64,000 nt of DNA. Source: Dimorphilus gyrociliatus. Lineage: Eukaryota; Animalia; Annelida. Both the position numbers and the translations under genes were made by a program. The stretch's first letter is position 1, and each line of letters opens with the position of its first letter. The stretch covers positions 3,417,404 to 3,481,403 of the forward strand of contig CAJFCJ010000007.1 of NCBI GenBank assembly GCA_904063045.1, written 5' to 3'. The notes under the pieces are model-generated. The model was not told the origin of the DNA. It did no database searches and saw nothing but the letters and a program-made list of their open reading frames with translations. Of this stretch, positions 25,991-39,675 are shown piece by piece.

Positions 25991-28900
25991 TTAGAATCCA
26001 GGTTTTTTGGATTTTTTCGGACTAAAAGAAGATTTAGACGCTTTCATCATCCAATGTGGTATCTTTCGCTTTGTCGGATTGTTCGTTGAATTAGACGAAC
26101 TACATTGAGATAGATTTGAACGGGCAGGATGCTAAATATGAAAAAGAAAATTAGCATTTGTTTTTTATTCTACTTTTGTACCAAAGATTCTTCGATGATA
26201 TAAATAAACATCAACGTAAAAGTAATTAAATTGTCTCGTTTCCCGGCCTACCTCTTGCTCAAATTTATTCTGTAGCATAGCAATAGTCAGCTGAATTTGA
26301 GAGTAGGTGATACTTTCCGGTAGTTCTTGTTTTATGAGACCAATACGAGATATATCTTGTTTTTTTTTAAGAAACAAGAAATATTAATTCAATATTTACA
26401 GATGAAAAAATTGAAATGTATTGACAATTACCAGAATTTATGGGTGGTTTTCGGATTACATCCGTAATTGTATCAATGATACTTTGTCCTACTTGTAACC
26501 TATCCATATCTATTGGTAACCCAATTTTTATAGCAGAACTAAGATGCTTGCTTATTGTTTCCTCTTTTAAATTTCGTAATCTACAAATAGCTTCTAGCGA
26601 TGTTTTCTCAATTTGAAACAATTCGTAACTTGCTCTTTCTGTTTCACTTAACATTGCCATTATTTGGTGAGTTTTTCCCTATAAAGTTTTTATTTAAACA
26701 TCATTCCTTAATTGTTTAGTTATTCAGTAATTGGAACTCACTTCGTCAATTTTATCTGTACAATGGTCTTTCGAACAACTTACGATATTCGTAGTTAATG
26801 ACCTTTCCGTTGCAAACTCTTGAATATGTATTAGAAACTTGTTACCGTGTAAGTTGGCAACCTGTTCCGATAGCTCTTCAACGTACACCAAATACCAAGA
26901 CTCTGTTGGCCTAGAAAAAGAGTTCTTATTATATATTCGTAGTTTTTAAATTATATTTCCTAGTATTATACCGTATTTTTGAGAGGCTCATTAAACATTT
27001 ATTAGAGCATATTCTATAAGGAGGGACGTCCATTTCAGAGGCAATGTTACCACGTAATTTCAATAAGGAGCCATATAATTCTACCTGTGAGAAAGAACGA
27101 ACGGAAGTTAATTATGTTTCTCCTCATTAAGAGCGAAAGATGATTCTTACCCTAATTTTTTCCTCTTTCTCATCAATCACTTTACTTCCAACCCCGGAAG
27201 TTGAACTCTTTACATTTGGTATCAGGGGTAGAATACTGAAAATTCCAAAAGGAAATATTAATGTGTATAAAGATAGATCAATTCCAGCAATTTTGCCTAA
27301 CCGGCTTTCGTAGGTAAGAGTAACAGATTCATGTCTCTCCTTCTCAAGCGATAGTAACTCCGCCGACGTTTCGAGAAGTAGGGAAGGATTAGGATCTTTT
27401 GCAACCTTGTCCAACCATATGGATCCCCGATTACTTACTTCAAATGTACCACCAAAACTACTGGCTACTAGAATCTCATTTAAAAATCCGTTGTCTGTTA
27501 ATAAATAGCCAAAGGCTCTCCACCACTTTTCAGATATTTTTCTGTAAGAGGGCAAAATAATTAAAATATATATAATATTAATAATTTCATTGTGCATACT
27601 TTCCGCAGCCGTGTAGTTCGTGTTTATGATATTGAACAGGTAATCTTTTACTAAAAGAACCCCTAAGTAGTAAAATTGGAATTCCTAAACCGAAACTCTC
27701 ACCAGTAGCCTAACCCAAATAACGGACAAATTTCAATTAAATACTTAAATAATCCTTTTAATCGATTATCATATACTTTAATTGCCTCAAGTAATTGTTT
27801 AGCTTCTTTACCATAATCCGACTTTCCTTTGTCTATACTGTCCTCATTTCCCGACTCTTTTCCCTTAATTCTATATAAAAAATATGTATATATGAAACAT
27901 AATTCTATAAAAAAGATAGATTAATATATTAACTTTCTTAAACAATTATCGCAACAAAGCTGTGAATTGAGTTTTGACGTTTTTACATTTTCAGTAAAAT
28001 GTAATAAAAGCTGTTTCCTACGGCAAGATGTTGTTGATAAATAACGTTCAATAGTTTTTAACATTTTCACTTTATGAGCTTTAAAAGTTGGATTGGTAAG
28101 ATCTTTTAGAAAGTATCTACATAAAAAAGGTAAATAAACAATAATTTAAGAGAACCTTGAATAGGCTTTTTTAGCAACACTTTATATTAATATAACCTGC
28201 TAGTATTAAAATCTTTTCTTGCATAAAACACTCGGCATTTACTTTGTAAGCCATCGCGACCCGCTCTACCAATTTCTTGATAATAAGATTCAATATCTTT
28301 CGGAGCTATCGTGAGAAATATTTTGATTGAGAAAGAAGAAAAAATTTTCAAACTTTCAAATTGATATCCTTACCTCCATAATGAATAATATTTCTTACAT
28401 CGGGTTTATCAATACCCATTCCAAAGGCTACAGTGGCAACAATAGCCTACAGTAGAAAATTGTTTTCAACTAGTTAATGGAATTGCTTTCATTTATAGAT
28501 ATTCAATTTACTTGAACTTTATCATTAACAAAATCTCTATGGGCTTGTCTTCTTTCAGGGTAACTAAGACCAGCATGATAGAGCGAGCAAGATAAATTTA
28601 ATTCTATAGAGTAAGATGAAAATACAAATGAAAGAAAAGTTGTAAATTTTGTTAATGTAACCTTTCAATTCTGAAAATACATCCTCGGTGGCTTTCTTAG
28701 TTGGACAATAGATTATAGTTGACCCTGGGAATTTAAAAGAGTGTTTGTCATCTTCTATTAATTCATTTTTAAAATCTGCAACAATGCTTTCTCCTTTCAT
28801 CATTACGGATAAAAATAAATTTGGCCTTAAAGAAATGAATTAATTAAGTATTCTGTTTAATTTGTTAAATATAGATTTCTACCTATCAAATGAAGTACAA

Positions 28901-30435
28901 ATTTGAACTGCATTTTCCAATCTTAAATTTCTACATATATCCTCACGAACTTCATTTGTTGCAGTAGCAGTTACAGCAATCATAGGCGTTCGCAAACCCT
29001 TACGACATTTACCAATATTTCTGTAAGCTGGCCTGAAATCATGACCCCATTGTGAAACACAATGAGCTTCATCAATCGCAATCAAGTCAAGGCCTAGTAG
29101 AAATGTGGTAAAAGTTTAAAAATCTTTGTTTAGTAATTGAATAAAACTTGCCAACGGCCTTATCTATTTCTTTTAAAATATTCTTTGAATATCCCAAATA
29201 TTCGGGAGTTGAGTAGACCAGTCGATATTTACCGCTATAAATCATTGAACTATATAATACTTTTAATAGAATTTCCTTGAATTCTTACGCCATAATTTCT
29301 CTTTCTACGTCCTCAGTTCTCTCTTGAGAAGACCCTAATATACAGGCTTCAATTCCCACAGAACTATTTTTAGAAAGATTAGATGATAGTATAACTTAAT
29401 AAAATTTCTACATTAGTTTTTTTTACTTAAGTCCAAGAACTTGATCTTCCATTAATGAGATAAGTGGAGATATTACTACAGTAGTGTTTCTCGTAAAAAC
29501 AGATGGATATTGAAAGCAGAGACTTTTTCCATAACCTTGTAAAAATTCTTTCAAATAATTAAATAATAATAATAACAATAATAAAACCTGTTGCCATAAT
29601 AACACAGTGATCTCTCTTATCATTTAAAACGCTATTTATTATCCTCCATTGAATACTGAAGAGAAGGTAAATAATAAAAATAACTTTATCATTAGATTCA
29701 ACAGAGAAAAATATACTAAACGGCCTAAAATCTGTAAAACCAAAATATTTTCGTAAAATTTGAAGATATAACGGATTACTTGGTTGCTCAGCAATTTCAT
29801 CTCCTGATAGAATGTCTGTATCATTTTCATCTTCCGTATCGCTATCTTTAATTTCGACAAAAGATTGTTCAATTTCACTAATTTCCTGTATTAATAAACA
29901 ATGTTTATTTCGCGAAATTTAATCATAATTATAAAGTTAAAAATATTCGTACATGTAGAATATTTTCTTCAAAATCTTCTTCAGAGTCTAAAAGATTCAC
30001 TTCAAATTCTGTAATTTCCTAAAATATTTAACAGTGTCATAATTAATTGATTAATTAATTAATTAACTAACTAACTTGAGAAAAACTATCATAAGAATTG
30101 TTTAAGTTACATTCCGTTGTATTAAAATTGAATTCAATTGAAGAAACCGATTCTTTTTGTTCCCTATCTTCTTTCTTTTCATGTTTTATTATTTTCACGT
30201 CTGACGGATTAGCTTTAAACTTTTGAATATTATTTTTGAATGCCTGACACAATTCTAAACATTCTTCCAATGATTTTTCAGTATATTTATCCGCTAAATA
30301 TATAAATAATAAAGTTATGTAATTCTTATGCAAAACATCTCTACCTTCATTTTCGATTTTATCAAGCTGTTTTCCTATATTTTTAATTGTTGTCTTAAGT
30401 TGCTGTTGTATGCTATTTATTACATCGTTATTCAT
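25991..30435 (-). CDS. WRN: Werner-type RecQ helicase (helicase, RQC, HRDC, HTH, NLS) with no exonuclease domain
   Basis: [93 protein letters not shown] zinc site [17 protein letters not shown] (ASEMDVPPY), HTH ([12 protein letters not shown]), C-terminal KRKIPHWM...KKPGF*. Confidence 0.9.
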
Positions 30436-31037
30436 CTTTTGAGCGATAATATAACGCTTTAGGAATATAAACAACAATTAATTGACAAACATCTACTTTC
30501 TAGAGTTATTCCTGCCGCATTCACGTCCGGCTTATATTTAAAGAGGGGTATCTATTCTAAAAAGAACAAGATTATAGATTTGATTGTTCGATTTGCCGTA
30601 GATTACTGTTGCAACGTTAGCTGTCTCCCTCTAGTGTGTATAATTATAAAATGATCCTTACTACAGAAAGGTGATTGCTCTATCGGTGAGACGTAATCTA
30701 AAAATAATAGATATAACTGAACGCTAAGTGGGTGTTGAATGCGTCTATACAAAAGTATTGTTTTACTTCTTCGATATTAAATATCAATTATTATTTGATA
30801 TATTCCGTAAACACGTGTTCCTTACGCAATAAGTCATAGCTATTTTTTTTAAGGAAACGTGATTCACACGTTCTTAGGACGCCATATCGTTAGAGGACAC
30901 ACATGAAAATATGTATTCTATATTCGTCAGAAACGCAACGATTTGTATCATATAAATTATCTATTTTTCATATTATTAACATCGAGATAACAGAATTAAT
31001 GACGATGTCGATAGTATGATTCCCTAAGCAATTCTCT

Positions 31038-31415
31038 TCATTTAGTTGACGAGAGTAAATAAGCGATCAAATCTTTTCTTTCCTTTTCTTTCTTTAAACC
31101 AGCGAAAATCATTTTTGTTCCTGGGATGTACTTTTTAGGATTTTCCAAGTAGACCATCAGAGTGTCCTCTCCCCAAATGATTCCTATTTTGGAGAATACA
31201 TGTTAATTAAAATTGTCAATTAATATGACTGATCAGTAATTCTCACCCTTGTTTTTGTTATGCTCAGTGTAGCTGAAACCAGGAGCTTGACCAGTTTTAC
31301 GTCCTATAAGTCCGTGAAGGTTAGGGCCGGTTTTATGCTTTCCTCCTTTCTCAACGGTATGACACTGGGAACATCTTTGAACAAAGATCTTTTTGCCTTT
31401 TTCAACGTCTCCCAT
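31038..31415 (-). CDS. CYCS: Cytochrome c (2 coding exons plus a 5' UTR exon near 31670-31700)
   Basis: [35 protein letters not shown] (CxxCH heme motif). Exon 2 reads [32 protein letters not shown]...[10 protein letters not shown]. Confidence 0.98.
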
Positions 31416-31932
31416 TGTGAGTTGTGTTCAAATATGTTGAGAGCTGTGTCGAGAATGAACGTTTGAAGTAAAATGATTCAAGGACCAAATGTCATTGACA
31501 TCATTGCATAAAACAAACGACCTGATTGACCTCTATACTTGATCAACAGGAAAATAAAAGTAAATAAACAGTTAAAACTAGTTTGTATTATATCTTGATG
31601 AGATTTAGATGAGCCAAAAGTAAAGAAAATGGTAATATCTTATAAAAATTCACAAAAATCGAACACTTACCCTCGTGAGCGAACCACCTTGCGGCAATAT
31701 GGCTGAATTTATCATTATCTTTTCGTATTTTTTTTCATATGAAAATTTTTTCTAGTAAGCCTTAAATCTATAAACATATTTATTGTAAAAATTATAAATT
31801 AATAAATAAAATACGAAAATGCTCTTAATAGAAACTGGTATATGTCAATAAATGTGTGTTTTGCCTAATATTTACTTCCAAAACTTTAGTATTTATAATC
31901 GTTAGCTAATTATATATCGGATTGTTTAATAA

Positions 31933-32965
31933 ATGAGTGGGAATACAAGACGGAGGGGGGTAGGCGCTATTAAAACAAAAACCGTTCAAGCGGTAAGTTA
32001 ATTCTCCAATAATTAATAAAGAGCGATCATTAGTTGCTTTTCAATTTTAGTCTAAATTCAAAGAGAAAGGAACGGAATTAGCGTCTGAAGAATTAGAGAA
32101 AGTAAGAATTATATGTTTATTTAAGAAAAATATAAATCAAATAACAATAATAAATAATTTCAGCTATCGACTCAATTAAATGCTTTTAAAAATAATTTAG
32201 AAGATTTTGCAACAAAGCATAAACAACAAATAAAAAAGAATCCAGAATTTAGAGGACAATTTCAAGAAATGTGCGCTTCGATTGGAGTAGATCCTCTAGC
32301 CTGTAAGTTAAAGAAAGAGAATAGACGATGAATAAATGATTTTTCTTAAAACAAATATTTAATTATAGCCAGTAAAGGTTTCTGGTCAGAAATGTTGGGT
32401 GTAGGTGATTTCTATTATGAAATTGGTGTACAAACTATTGAAGTTTGTTTAGCTAATAATCAAACTAACGGCGGTATAATGAAATTAGACGAACTACATT
32501 CAAAATTACTTAAATCAAGAAAGCAAGATGTTAGTTTGTAAGTATAATCTCTATTAAATAATAGAGTTTGTCGATTATGTAACATTTATGTTTTTTATCC
32601 ATTTAGATCTGATTTAAAAACTGCTATAAAAAAATTAAGAAGTTTAGGAAGTGGATTTCAATTAATAAAAGCTGGAAAGAATTTTTTTGTTCAATCTGTA
32701 CCTGGAGAGTTAACAATGGATCATACAATTATCTTGGAAAAAGCACAAGAGAAAAATGGCCGTATTTCAAAATCAGATATTGGATGGGAGAGAGAAAGAG
32801 TCGATAGGGCAATGGTATATTATAAACATATTAAACAAAATTCTTTAATTTTATTCTAAATATTCAAAATTCCAGGATTATCTGGTAAAGGAAGGTATGA
32901 CCTGGGTTGATGATAAAGCTAACGAAAGATTATATTGGTTTCCTTCAATGTTCTCAATAGAATAG
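31933..32965 (+). CDS. SNF8: ESCRT-II subunit SNF8/VPS22/EAP30
   Basis: Missing from the ORF track because of its small exons. Spliced reading: RRRGVGAIK, QLNAFKNNLEDFATKHKQQIKKNPEFRGQFQEMCASIGVDPLA, KGFWSEMLGVGDFYYEIGVQ, VQSVPGELTMDHT, LVKEGMTWVD...YWFPSMF. Confidence 0.95.
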
Positions 32966-33427
32966 GCCTGTATAGCGGAAGGAATGAACAACCAATAAAG
33001 GAATATTATATAATAATATTATTAATGTATTAACTGAATTTTTTAATACAAAAATGAACAAACCTCAATGAATGAATGGTTGTATTCGACTGTAAAAGAT
33101 TATGTATATCTTATATGAAAAAGAAAATACTATCAGATGTTAAATCTTTCAAATATTTAACTTTTCCCCAAGTTTTATTTGCATTTCCTCATTCTAATTA
33201 AATAACGTCTGCGTAGTCCTATATTAACGTATTTCTTGTAGAATTGTATAAAATATCTAAAATTAAATCAATAGAATTTTACTATGAGACAGTGGAAATG
33301 TGTTAATTAATGTTAATATCCTTTACATGTATATCGCTTTATCTCACGCTCAGATTATTAATAATATCGTAATTATTATCTAGATGGGGTATATGATTGA
33401 TAGATAGATTAGGGAATTAGAAACTAT

Positions 33428-33438
33428 GTAATAATAAC

Positions 33439-33473
<35 letters not shown>
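33428..33473. repeat. (AAT)n microsatellite
   Basis: About 15 AAT units upstream of the mucin gene. Confidence 0.9.
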
Positions 33474-33475
<2 letters not shown>

Positions 33476-33756
33476 GAAATGAGATAATAATCTAAAATCT
33501 AGTGTTAGGGTTAGGGTAAAGATAGATCTGTACTTAAGTAATTGTGACAGTGATTTAGTTGGAGGAGGAGAGGGAAGAAAAAAAAATCAAAAATTGTATA
33601 TTTGCGCATAACTAAAGATCGAAATTAAAAAAATGTATAGGAGAGGCTAAAAAACACTTGTTAATCAAACAAACAGTAGAGGATATCGTTAAGAAACACA
33701 TGATTACAAATAGTTAAAGTAAACTTTTATTGACGGTTTATCGATACTTGAAAGCG

Positions 33757-33781
33757 TATATAAGAAGCAATAGCATCAGTT
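33757..33781 (+). promoter_or_regulatory. Possible TATA/Inr core promoter of the giant mucin-like gene
   Basis: TATATAAG at 33757 and TCAGTT at 33776, about 160-180 bp upstream of the ATG. The spacing of about 21 bp is shorter than canonical. Confidence 0.25.
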
Positions 33782-33935
33782 AAACTTCGGCACTCGGCTC
33801 AATAAGCCTTTTCGTTCCCTTCTTCCTCTATTCTGATCAGCAACAGAAATCTTTAAGAAAGGAGAAGAAGAATAGACGAAGATTAAACTCTTTTTAATTA
33901 ATATTCTTCCCCATAAAATTAATCCAGGAAGTAAA

Positions 33936-36900
33936 ATGATGGGCCCGTGGCCCCTTCAATGTCTTATTTTGTTGTTGGTGACAATACCAGCAGCATTGAC
34001 AACCGATAACGATGGGTAATTTCATTTGATAAGTTATAAGAATGATAAAAAAACAATCCCCCTTCCCTAAGGGGAAAAAAGATAAACCATGCTTTCTTAA
34101 TAATAAACTTATCTATATAAAAATATATATATATACTTTATATATGAAAAAACTCGTACAGCACTCCGACACTACCCAAGAATCAATGTGAATTTAAAAC
34201 GACGAATATTGTCCCGGAAATGGTAAAAGTTACTAAATATGAAGAAAAAGATTTCGTTGACTGTGATGAAGCCACCCAAAAAGGATGGCGGATTAAGGAT
34301 CAACGGGGTCCGTCTGACAACCCGTACTGTTTAGTGGATGTGTAAGTGTTTTACATCTACTATTAAAAACACTTATAACACGTGTCGTTAGAAAAAAGAA
34401 AAGTATTATTATTTCATTTTTTCAGCCCCGTCACAAAGCTTGAAGAGCAAAATGTGACAAAGACTACTACAACGGTACGGTGCTGCGTTGGTTGGACTGG
34501 TGATGACTGCTTAACGGCAGTTTGCATGAAAACTTGCCAGAATGGCGGTAATTGCGAATCACCTAACAAATGCGACTGCAGCGGAACTGGATATGTTGGG
34601 GAACAATGCGAAACTCGTAAGAATAGAGATAGATAGAACTCGAGAGAAAGAGGAGAGAGATTAATCACTTTTTTTTTGTTTTTTTCTAGCTGTCTGCAGC
34701 AAGTCCTGCGGTAGTAATGGGATTTGTTCAGCTCCTGAAACGTGTACCTGTTCAGATGGGTATACAGGAGAACAATGCGACACACCAAACTGCCCAGGCT
34801 GTGATGCTTCAAAAGGTACTTGCGTCAAACCTAATTTGTGCGTATGCAAAGAAGGTTGGAAAGGAGTAAAGTGCAATGAACGTAAGTTAATCATTGATAA
34901 ATTCTGGCATTCAAACAAAACTATTGATTAAACTATCAATAAATATATATATATATAACAAATTGCGTACTTTTTATAGCATCCTGCTCAAGTGACTGTT
35001 TGAATGGAGGAACTTGTGTTGCCACAGAAACCGGAGGAAAATGTAAATGTTCAAAAGGATGGTCTGGTGATGACTGTAGTCAGGGTAAAATTTTTATAAT
35101 ATATCTCATATTTGAACTATTAATAATGAAGAAACAAACAAAAAACAGCTCTATGTCCAAACGGATGCTTCAATAACGGAAAGTGTATATCACCCAATCA
35201 TTGTTCCTGCCCTGAAGGTTTTTCCGGCCCAACTTGTGGTCTACGTGTAATTTCGAACGATAACGTCAACAACGTTAAAGGTAATTTATTAAATAATCCT
35301 ATATTTAAAATTATATTTTTACTTTTTCAGTTGTTGGATCAGCTCTCTACGAAGATCACGGATCTTGTACTGCTTGGGGAACTAAGCATTTTATAACTTT
35401 CGACAAAAGAGCTTTCACATTTGCAGGAAAAGGAACTTATACACTTGTTCAAGATTGTAGTGGTTCTGCTCAAGCTAATTATCAAGTATACATTAATCAA
35501 ACATATTCATGTGCAGAGGATACTGGCTGTAAAGCCGCTTTGAAGGTAAACTATATCTATATAATATAAGAGACGGCAGACAAACGGAAAGATTAAACGT
35601 TTGCAATAAATTTAGGTCACAAGCGGAAAGCAAGTTGTTATTATTGCACCCGAAGGAACTTATGTTGATGGTGTCCTTACACAAACTCCAACTACCGTTG
35701 GAAAGATTGTTCTTAGTCGTTCTGCAGAATATACAGTAGTAAAAGGACTCGATGGTTAGTTAAGAGAATATCTTTTAGATTACATTGGTTAATGATTGTT
35801 TTCCCTCTCTTCAGAATTGAAAGTAACTTATGACGGAAGTTCAACAGTTAGCGTTTGGGCTCCTGACACAATGAAAGGCAAAGTATGCGGTCTTTGCGGA
35901 AATTTCAACGGAAATTCAACAGATGAATATACAACTATTCAAGGAAAACTTTTGGACAATTACGTTGAATTTGGCAACTCTTGGATCGATCCTACAGAAG
36001 AGAGAAATATTGAAGCTGTTAAATTGCCAGCCGCTTCCGCTTGCTCTACACTCAGCATTGAAGAAGTTAATGAAATCAAAGCTCAATGTAAAGTTTTAGA
36101 ACAGACTGGTTTAGCATTTGCAACTTGCGGAAATGCTGTTGATGCCGGATATTATATAAATATATGCGTCAATGATTTATGTTCATGCAAAGCTGAAGGA
36201 TCCAACAATTGCGCAATGAAACGTTGCGATATTTTCCAACAATATAGTAGAATTTGCTCCCAAAAGGGAATTGTTCTTAATTGGAGAACTGCAGATTTTT
36301 GTCCAGCACCACAATGCGAAAATGGAAAAATTTTCAAGGAATGCGGATTGGACTGCGGTCAAGAATGCGGTAGTCAAGGATTTGAAAATGAATGCAGTTC
36401 TGTACAATGTGTTGACGGTTGCTTCTGTCCAGCTGGAACACTTTGGGATGGCGACAAATGCGTTAAGAAGGAAGAATGCTCTTGTAAAAGAAAGACTGGA
36501 GGCAAATCCTACGCCGTAGGTGAACATTATACAAATGATTGCGAAAAATGTACATGCAGCCCTGGAGGTTTGTGGAAGTGTACACCAACACCAAATTGCG
36601 TGGGACGTTGTCAAGTTAGCGGAGATCCTCATTATAAAACATTCGACGGTCGTTACTTTTCATTCAACGGTCAATGCGAATACGTATTGACTATGCCAGG
36701 AAGAGGCGTTTCACTCTCTACTCCCTTCACTATCTGGGTTGAAAATACAATTTGTAAAACAACCGAAGATTCAGTTTGCACAAAAATGGTTACAATTCAA
36801 ATAAAGAAAAACGGAAAGGAATACTTACTTAGATTGAAGAAAGCTTCAGTCGAATTATCGGGAACAAAAGTCGCTTTACCATTAAATATGGATGGAATAT

Positions 36901-39638
36901 ATGTTAGACACGTTTCAAGTATCTTGACAAGATTAACAACAGACATTGGTTTGGAAGTTCTTTGGGACGGTGGATCAAGAATTGAAGTTATTGTTGACAG
37001 TAAATACAGAAACAAACTTATGGGTCTCTGTGGTAACTTTAACGGAAAGATCACAGACGATTCAATGACAGCTTCAGGCGATGATGTTAAGAATGTTACC
37101 CAATTTGCTAATGATTGGAAAACTAGCGCAGAATGTAAGACTTCCTTTTCCGGTATCTATGAGAGCGCCTGTACACAAAGCATCCAATACGCCGCCTTTG
37201 CCAAAAAGACATGCTCTGCATTGACTGAAGGAAAATTCAAGGCTTGTAATGATGTTGTCGATCCAAAAACCTATATTCAACAATGCGAACACGATATTTG
37301 CACTTGCGGAAGCCGAGAAAAGACTACACACGACTGCGAATGTACAGCAATGGCTAGTTATTCAAGAGCTTGTGCCCTTAAAAGAGTTATTCTTGATTGG
37401 AGAAGCGATAATCTATGTAGTAAGTATTTCCTTTTACCTTCGTTGAGCCTACTTTAAAAACCCGCTCTTTAATCTTTTCGTAGAAATATCCTGTACAAAG
37501 GGACGAGTCTATAAAGAATGTGGAAAGAATTGCGGTACAACTTGTAGAAGTGTACAGCCAGAGAATTGTAAGGAAGAATGTATCGAAGGTTGCCAATGTC
37601 CTGATGGACAAAAATGGGATGATGAATCTCAATCATGCGTTATTGAAAGCGAATGCAAGTGCTACTTTAAAGGAGAGACATACAGTCCAGGCACTAAGAG
37701 AGTGGACAAATGTAATACTTGTAAATGTATTAATGGCGATTGGACCTGTACTAAAGAGGATTGTACAAGTAAGTTAATCCTCTATTTGTTGGTGTTTACG
37801 TTATTAAATGTTTTTAAAATCCATTTTATAGCTACTCAAGTTTGTCCAGCCGGTAAAGTATGGAATAGCTGTTCCGATTGTGAAAAGACATGTGATAATA
37901 TGCACATTTCTTGCCCAACTGCTTCTTGCCGAAAGGAAGGATGTACATGCCCAAAGGGAAAAGTCCTTTCTGCTGATGGAAAATGCATCACTCCTGACCA
38001 ATGTCCTTGTCACTTTCAAGGAAAGAGTTACAAAGATGGTTCAGTTATCAAGAGAGACTGCAATCATTGTTACTGTTCTAACAGCAGCTGGGTTTGTACA
38101 ACAAAGAACTGCCCAGGATTGTGTCAAGCTTACGGAGATCCTCATTACATCACTTTTGATGGTAAAGCTTACGAATTTCAAGGAGCATGCAGCTACGTTC
38201 TAGCTGAAGATTTCTGCGGTGGAGCCGGAACCTTCAGAGTTACAGTGGAGAATGTTCCTTGCGGAGCAGAAGGACTTTCGTGCACAAAGAGCGCCAAAGT
38301 TATACTCTACGATACAGTTATTCATTTTGTTAGAGGTACCGCCCCAATCATATCAAAGAATCCACTTGCCGGACCAAATACACCAAAAGCTAAATACGAA
38401 TTCAAGGAAGCTGGCGTTTTCATTATTATGACTACACCACATGGCTTGACTATTCAATGGGACAAGGGTATGAGAATCTACGTCACACTAGCCCCATCAT
38501 ATATGGGCAAGGTTTGCGGTATGTGCGGTAACTTCGACGGCAAAGCTGACAACGACTTCCGTGCTAGAAGTGGCCAATTGGAAGATAAAGCCCTTATTTT
38601 CGCCAACAGCTGGAGAGTTAAGGAATCTTGTCCAAGTGTTAAGAAAGACGCAACCAATCCATGCGATAAGAGTCCAGAAAGAGAAATGTGGGCCAAGCAC
38701 GCTTGTAACATTTTAAGAACTCCAGCTTTCAGTAAATGTCATGATGCTGTTGAAGTTGAAAGATACTACAAAGATTGCGTTTGGGATTCGTGCGGTTGTG
38801 CCAGAGGAGGAGATTGCGAATGTCTCTGTACAGCTGTAGCTGCTTACGTTAAGGCTTGTAATGAAAAAGGCATCCCAATCAAATGGAGAAGTGAGAACCA
38901 TTGTCGTAAGTATTCGTTTTCAAACAAGATAAACTGAGAAGAACATTATCTATCTATTCAATTGTAGCAATGGAATGCGACGGTGGAAAAACTTACAAGG
39001 CTTGCGGAACATCATGCCCTAAACATTGCTACGATTCTGCATTGAAAAGAAAGGAAGGATGTACAACAACATGCGTTGAAGGGTGTCACTGTCCAGAAGG
39101 AACCGTTCTTCACAAAGGACAATGCGTTAAGCACCAATCGTGTACTTGTACTGATCCTTTAACAAAGAGAGAATACGCTCCACTTACGAAAGTAGCTAGA
39201 GGATGTGACCTTTGGTAATATATATATATATATATGAATGACATTCAATAATTTCGTATCTTTTCTCCGTTTAGCGAATGTGTTGGTGGTGAATTTAAAT
39301 GTAAGCGCAATCCATTCTGTGGTGTTGAACAAACAACAACAACAACACCAGGACCAACCACTCGTAAGTTTCATCAATGATTTCTTTACTATAATGAATG
39401 AATGAATGACTAAACCTTTTCATATTTCTTTCAGAATTCTGCGGTGGAGAAGATAAAATGTCTTGTAACAGTCCAACAGGAACTTGCGCTACAACTTGTA
39501 ACGGTATTAGAGAATGTATGCACCCTAATGACGAAGACAATTGTCGTAAGTAAAAACAATAAAGAGTTTAAAGATATTGATAAATGTTTAAACTTTGTCA
39601 AACTGTTTCCATTAGCAACGACAACTGAGAGTACAACT

Positions 39639-39675
<37 letters not shown>

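Noticed and set aside
33505-33516. TTAGGG x2 telomere-like motif
   Set aside because: Only two copies, compatible with chance.
37015-37035. MGLCG instead of CGLCG in VWD2
   Set aside because: The partner Cys is also absent, and D2 domains of MUC2-type proteins commonly lack this Cys, so it is not novel.
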